Assembly: GCA_036493155.1 (NCBI GenBank)
Contig: DASXQE010000054.1
Span: forward strand, 1-43,163
From: Candidatus Limnocylindrales bacterium
Lineage (GTDB): Bacteria > Chloroflexota > Limnocylindria > Limnocylindrales > CSP1-4
DNA length: 43,163 nucleotides
Direction: 5' to 3'
The first letter of the stretch is position 1. The number at the start of each line of letters is the position of its first letter. A program made the translations under genes and the position numbers. The notes under the pieces are model-generated. The model had not been told where the DNA came from. It saw only the letters and a list, made by a program, of their open reading frames with translations, and ran no database searches. Shown here one piece after another: positions 40,860 through 43,163 of this stretch.

Positions 40860-42166
40860 CAGACCGCGACCGGCGCGCGGCGGCGCATCGGGCGCCAGGC
40901 CCGCTCGATCGTCTGCGATCGCTCCGGACCCACGGACACGAGCACGACCGGCACGCCGGCGAGCTCCTCGAGCGCGCTGAGATAGCGCCGCGCGTTCTCC
41001 GGCAGGTCGGCGATCGTCCGGACCTCGTGGATCGGCTCCGTCCAGCCATCGAACGACTCGTAGATCGGTGTCGCGCGCGCGAGCATCGAGCCCGATGACG
41101 GCCAGTGATCGAGGCGCCGGCCGTCGACCTCATAGGCCACGCCGAGCTTGATCTCGGGGATGCCGGTCAGGATGTCGAGCTTGTTGACCATGATGCTGCT
41201 GACCGAGTTGACCGCGACGGCATAGCGCAGCGGCACGGCGTCGAACCAGCCGACGCGCCGGGGCCGGCCCGTGGTGGTGCCCACTTCGTGGCCGCGCGCC
41301 GCGATCCCCCGTCCAACCTCGTCGTCGAGCTCGGTCGGGAACGGCCCGGACCCGACGCGGGTCGCGTAGGCCTTCATGACGCCCATGACCTCATCGACCT
41401 GGAGCGGCCCGATGCCGCCGCCGGTGGCCGCACCACCCGCCACCGGGTTGGACGAGGTCACGAAGGGGTAGCTGCCGTGATCGAGGTCGAGCAGCGTGCC
41501 CTGGGCGCCCTCCAGCAGCACATGCTGGCCTGCCGCGAGGGCCCGCTGGACGAGCCACGTCGTGTCTTCCAGGTACGGCGCCAACCGCTCACCCCAGGCG
41601 GCGGCCTGGTCGACCAGGGCGTCGACCTCGAACGTCTCGACGCCCGCCGCCGCCAGGAGCAGGTTCTTGTCGCCGACGGTCCTGAGGAGGCGCGTCCGCA
41701 GCACGTCGCGATCGAGCAGGTCCTCCATCCGGATCCCGAGCCGGTAGGCCCGATCCGCGTAGGCCGGCCCGATGCCGCGGCCGGTCGTGCCGACCTTGTC
41801 GCCGCCGAGCCGCACCTCGTTGGCCTTGTCCAGCGCCACGTGGTAGGGCATCAGGACGTGGGCGCTGCGGCTCACCCGGACCCGCGCGACGTCGATGCCG
41901 CGCCCGGTGAGCATGTCCAGCTCGGCGATGAGCGTCGCGGGATTGACGACGACGCCGTTGCCGATGACCGAGGTGATGTGGGGGTACAGGACGCCCGAGG
42001 GGACGAGATGGAGCTTGAACACCTGGTCGCCCCAGACGACCGTGTGGCCGGCGTTGTCGCCGCCCTGGTAACGCACGACCATCGCGACCTGCTCGGCCAG
42101 GAAGTCGGTCGTCTTGCCCTTGCCCTCGTCGCCCCACTGGAGGCCGACGATCACGGTGGCCGGCAT
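40859..42166 (-). CDS. purA: Adenylosuccinate synthetase
   Basis: I set the start at MPATVIVGLQWGDEGKGK (P-loop). The sequence also shows GGDNAGHTV and TTGRGIGPAY, matching the pattern over its full length. Confidence 0.95.
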   Translation of the reverse strand: MPATVIVGLQWGDEGKGKTTDFLAEQVAMVVRYQGGDNAGHTVVWGDQVFKLHLVPSGVLYPHITSVIGNGVVVNPATLIAELDMLTGRGIDVARVRVSRSAHVLMPYHVALDKANEVRLGGDKVGTTGRGIGPAYADRAYRLGIRMEDLLDRDVLRTRLLRTVGDKNLLLAAAGVETFEVDALVDQAAAWGERLAPYLEDTTWLVQRALAAGQHVLLEGAQGTLLDLDHGSYPFVTSSNPVAGGAATGGGIGPLQVDEVMGVMKAYATRVGSGPFPTELDDEVGRGIAARGHEVGTTTGRPRRVGWFDAVPLRYAVAVNSVSSIMVNKLDILTGIPEIKLGVAYEVDGRRLDHWPSSGSMLARATPIYESFDGWTEPIHEVRTIADLPENARRYLSALEELAGVPVVLVSVGPERSQTIERAWRPMRRRAPVAV

Positions 42167-42390
42167 CAGTCGATGTCCCGCGCCGCGGGCGGCGGACAAA
42201 CGAACAGGCCCCGGGCCGACTGGCTCGGGACCTGGTTGCAAATCTCCCGTGGCTGCCGACCGCGAGGTCGGCGGGGGTTCTGCCGGTCGCTCGCTCGCCT
42301 CACGGGACGAGCGATGCGCCCCTCTCGCGCGATCGCAGGACCTCCTGGCGGACCGTCTCGACGCCCGGCCCGGGACGGGCGGAGTCTAGC
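42167..42390 (-). promoter_or_regulatory. Long GC-rich structured 5' leader of the pur array with a candidate -10 box (TAGACT at 42388-42383); class unknown
   Basis: The 241-nt non-coding gap lies upstream of purA. It contains the hairpins GCCGACC-n4-GGTCGGC (42255-42272) and CGCTCG-n10-CGAGCG, and a GC-rich imperfect stem (GTCC...GGAC) ending 11 nt before the ATG. There is no clear SD. Confidence 0.35.
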
Positions 42391-42407
42391 AGGCCCGATG
42401 GCCCGGC

Positions 42408-42971
42408 TCAGCCGCCGGTGGACGCGCCTCCGGCCGGCCAGCGCTCGGCGAAGACCGTCTCCTCGCGTGGCAGACGGCCCTGGCCCTTCGGCGCGAGCGC
42501 GGCCTCGGTCGGGTGACCGACGACGACGATCGTCCGCACGTACCAGCCGTCGGGGATGCCCAGGAGCGCCGCGACGACCGGCCTGACCTTCGTCGTGATC
42601 CAGGCAATCCCGGCCGCCAGGCCGACCAGGTTGGCCGCGATGAGCATCCGCTCGGCGGCGCGGCCCTCGTCGTAGGCGTGCGACACCGCGTACTCGTCGT
42701 CCGGCAGGGCGATCGCCACGGCCGCCGGGGCGGTCTTGAGCCCCCGGGTCTGCGGCAGGCCCGCGTCGTGGAGCTGCTGCAGGACGGCGCCATCCCGGAT
42801 GGTGATGAATCGCCACGGCTGGCTGTTCGTGCTGCTGCCCGACCAGCGCGCCGCGTCGACGATGGCATCGAGCTCGGCGTCGGTCGGCGGCTGGGCCGTG
42901 AACTCCCGGATCTGGCGGACGCGGAGGAGTGGTCGGACGGCCTCGTGGGCGTCCGTCGTGGGATTGGCCAT
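42408..42971 (-). CDS. Nitroreductase family protein
   Basis: I set the start at ATG 42971 (MANPTTDAHEAVRPLLRVRQIREF...). The sequence shows SSTNSQPWRFITIRD. The ORF extension to 43154 has AT-rich third positions and was discarded. Confidence 0.85.
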   Translation of the reverse strand: MANPTTDAHEAVRPLLRVRQIREFTAQPPTDAELDAIVDAARWSGSSTNSQPWRFITIRDGAVLQQLHDAGLPQTRGLKTAPAAVAIALPDDEYAVSHAYDEGRAAERMLIAANLVGLAAGIAWITTKVRPVVAALLGIPDGWYVRTIVVVGHPTEAALAPKGQGRLPREETVFAERWPAGGASTGG

Positions 42972-42978
42972 GCGTCGG

Positions 42979-42987
42979 AGTCTGTCA
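42979..42987 (-). promoter_or_regulatory. Candidate extended -10 (TGaCAGACT), 7 nt upstream of the nitroreductase ATG
   Basis: The minus strand reads TGA-CAGACT-ccgacgc-ATG(42971). Confidence 0.3.
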
Positions 42988-43146
42988 CGCCTGGGTCCCT
43001 GGAGTGCTGGCACGCGCCGGCAACCAACGGTTCCGAGGGTGATCGACCGGTGACCGCTAGGTGAGCGGCTCCGGCTACTGTCGGCCTCCCGCCGCACGCA
43101 GGTCGGCCCGTGTCCCGTCGGTCGACCGAGAGAAGGAGCCTGGACC

Positions 43147-43163
43147 GTGAACAAGGTCCTCCT
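43147..43163 (+). CDS. Possible 5' end of an unidentified gene running off the window
   Basis: GAAGGAG is followed 8 nt later by GTG AAC AAG GTC CTC CT. Only 5 codons are visible. Confidence 0.3.

Noticed and set aside
42181-42290. A possible ZTP (pfl) riboswitch in the purA leader (GACCGGCAG..hairpin..CCACGGGAG ... CCGCCGCCCG).
   Set aside because: The most conserved ZTP elements as I recall them (GACUGGCG and especially the 3' CCGCCUGGGC) are not matched, and I could not form a P1 helix by eye. The region is kept only as an unclassified structured leader pending a covariance-model search.
42385-42407. A sequence downstream of the nitroreductase stop (GGCCCGATGGCCCGG) that resembles the groEL terminator core (GGGCCGATGGCCCGGG).
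   Set aside because: Here it folds into only a ~6-bp stem including a G-U pair, and no T-tract follows. The similarity is short and GC-driven, which is not enough to call a terminator or a repeat family.
43008-43023. A sigma-54-like TGGCAC-N-GGCA element in the nitroreductase divergent spacer.
   Set aside because: The GG-to-GC spacing is one nucleotide short of the required -24/-12 geometry, and the TTGC element is not matched. Sigma-54 is also generally absent from high-GC Gram-positive lineages.

Overview
This is a high-GC chromosomal segment (about 70-75% GC in the lines I counted by hand), almost entirely coding, from a Gram-positive-type bacterium. The lineage evidence is a CIRCE/HrcA heat-shock operator, gatCAB, and split purS/purQ/purL; it is probably Actinomycetota or Chloroflexota-like. 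I saw no rRNA, tRNA, CRISPR array, transposase, integrase or phage genes.

Gene content, left to right:
- The 3' end of a BMP/CUT2-type ABC importer: an ATPase tail plus two permeases.
- A CoA-binding protein.
- A split gat locus on the minus strand: gatC-gatA, an aminotransferase, a class III cyclase/STAND-ATPase/TPR protein, gatB, then a small 2-TM protein.
- A GNAT and GH65-like pair.
- A minus-strand block: pcrA, an FMN alpha-hydroxy-acid oxidase, ligA, orf109, dinB-like.
- A low-GC beta-propeller lipoprotein, then corA.
- groES-groEL with a promoter, CIRCE and terminator.
- A roughly 16-kb uninterrupted minus-strand array: purA-purD-purB-purC-purS-purQ-purL-purF-purM-purN::purH-metG-VOC-tatD.
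- A nitroreductase.

Most notable observations:
- purN and purH are fused in frame.
- The pur array is unusually long, headed by purA, runs straight into metG, and is preceded by a ~210-nt structured leader of unknown class.
- The MetRS HIGH signature reads GLHT.
- A catalytically intact nucleotide cyclase-STAND-TPR gene is translationally coupled into the gat locus.
- A TANNNT box lies 6-7 nt before the start codon of five operon-leading genes, suggesting leaderless transcription.

The many long R/P/G-rich ORFs on opposite strands or in other frames are high-GC shadow ORFs and are not called. All functional calls rest on motif and pattern recognition by eye; no searches were run.
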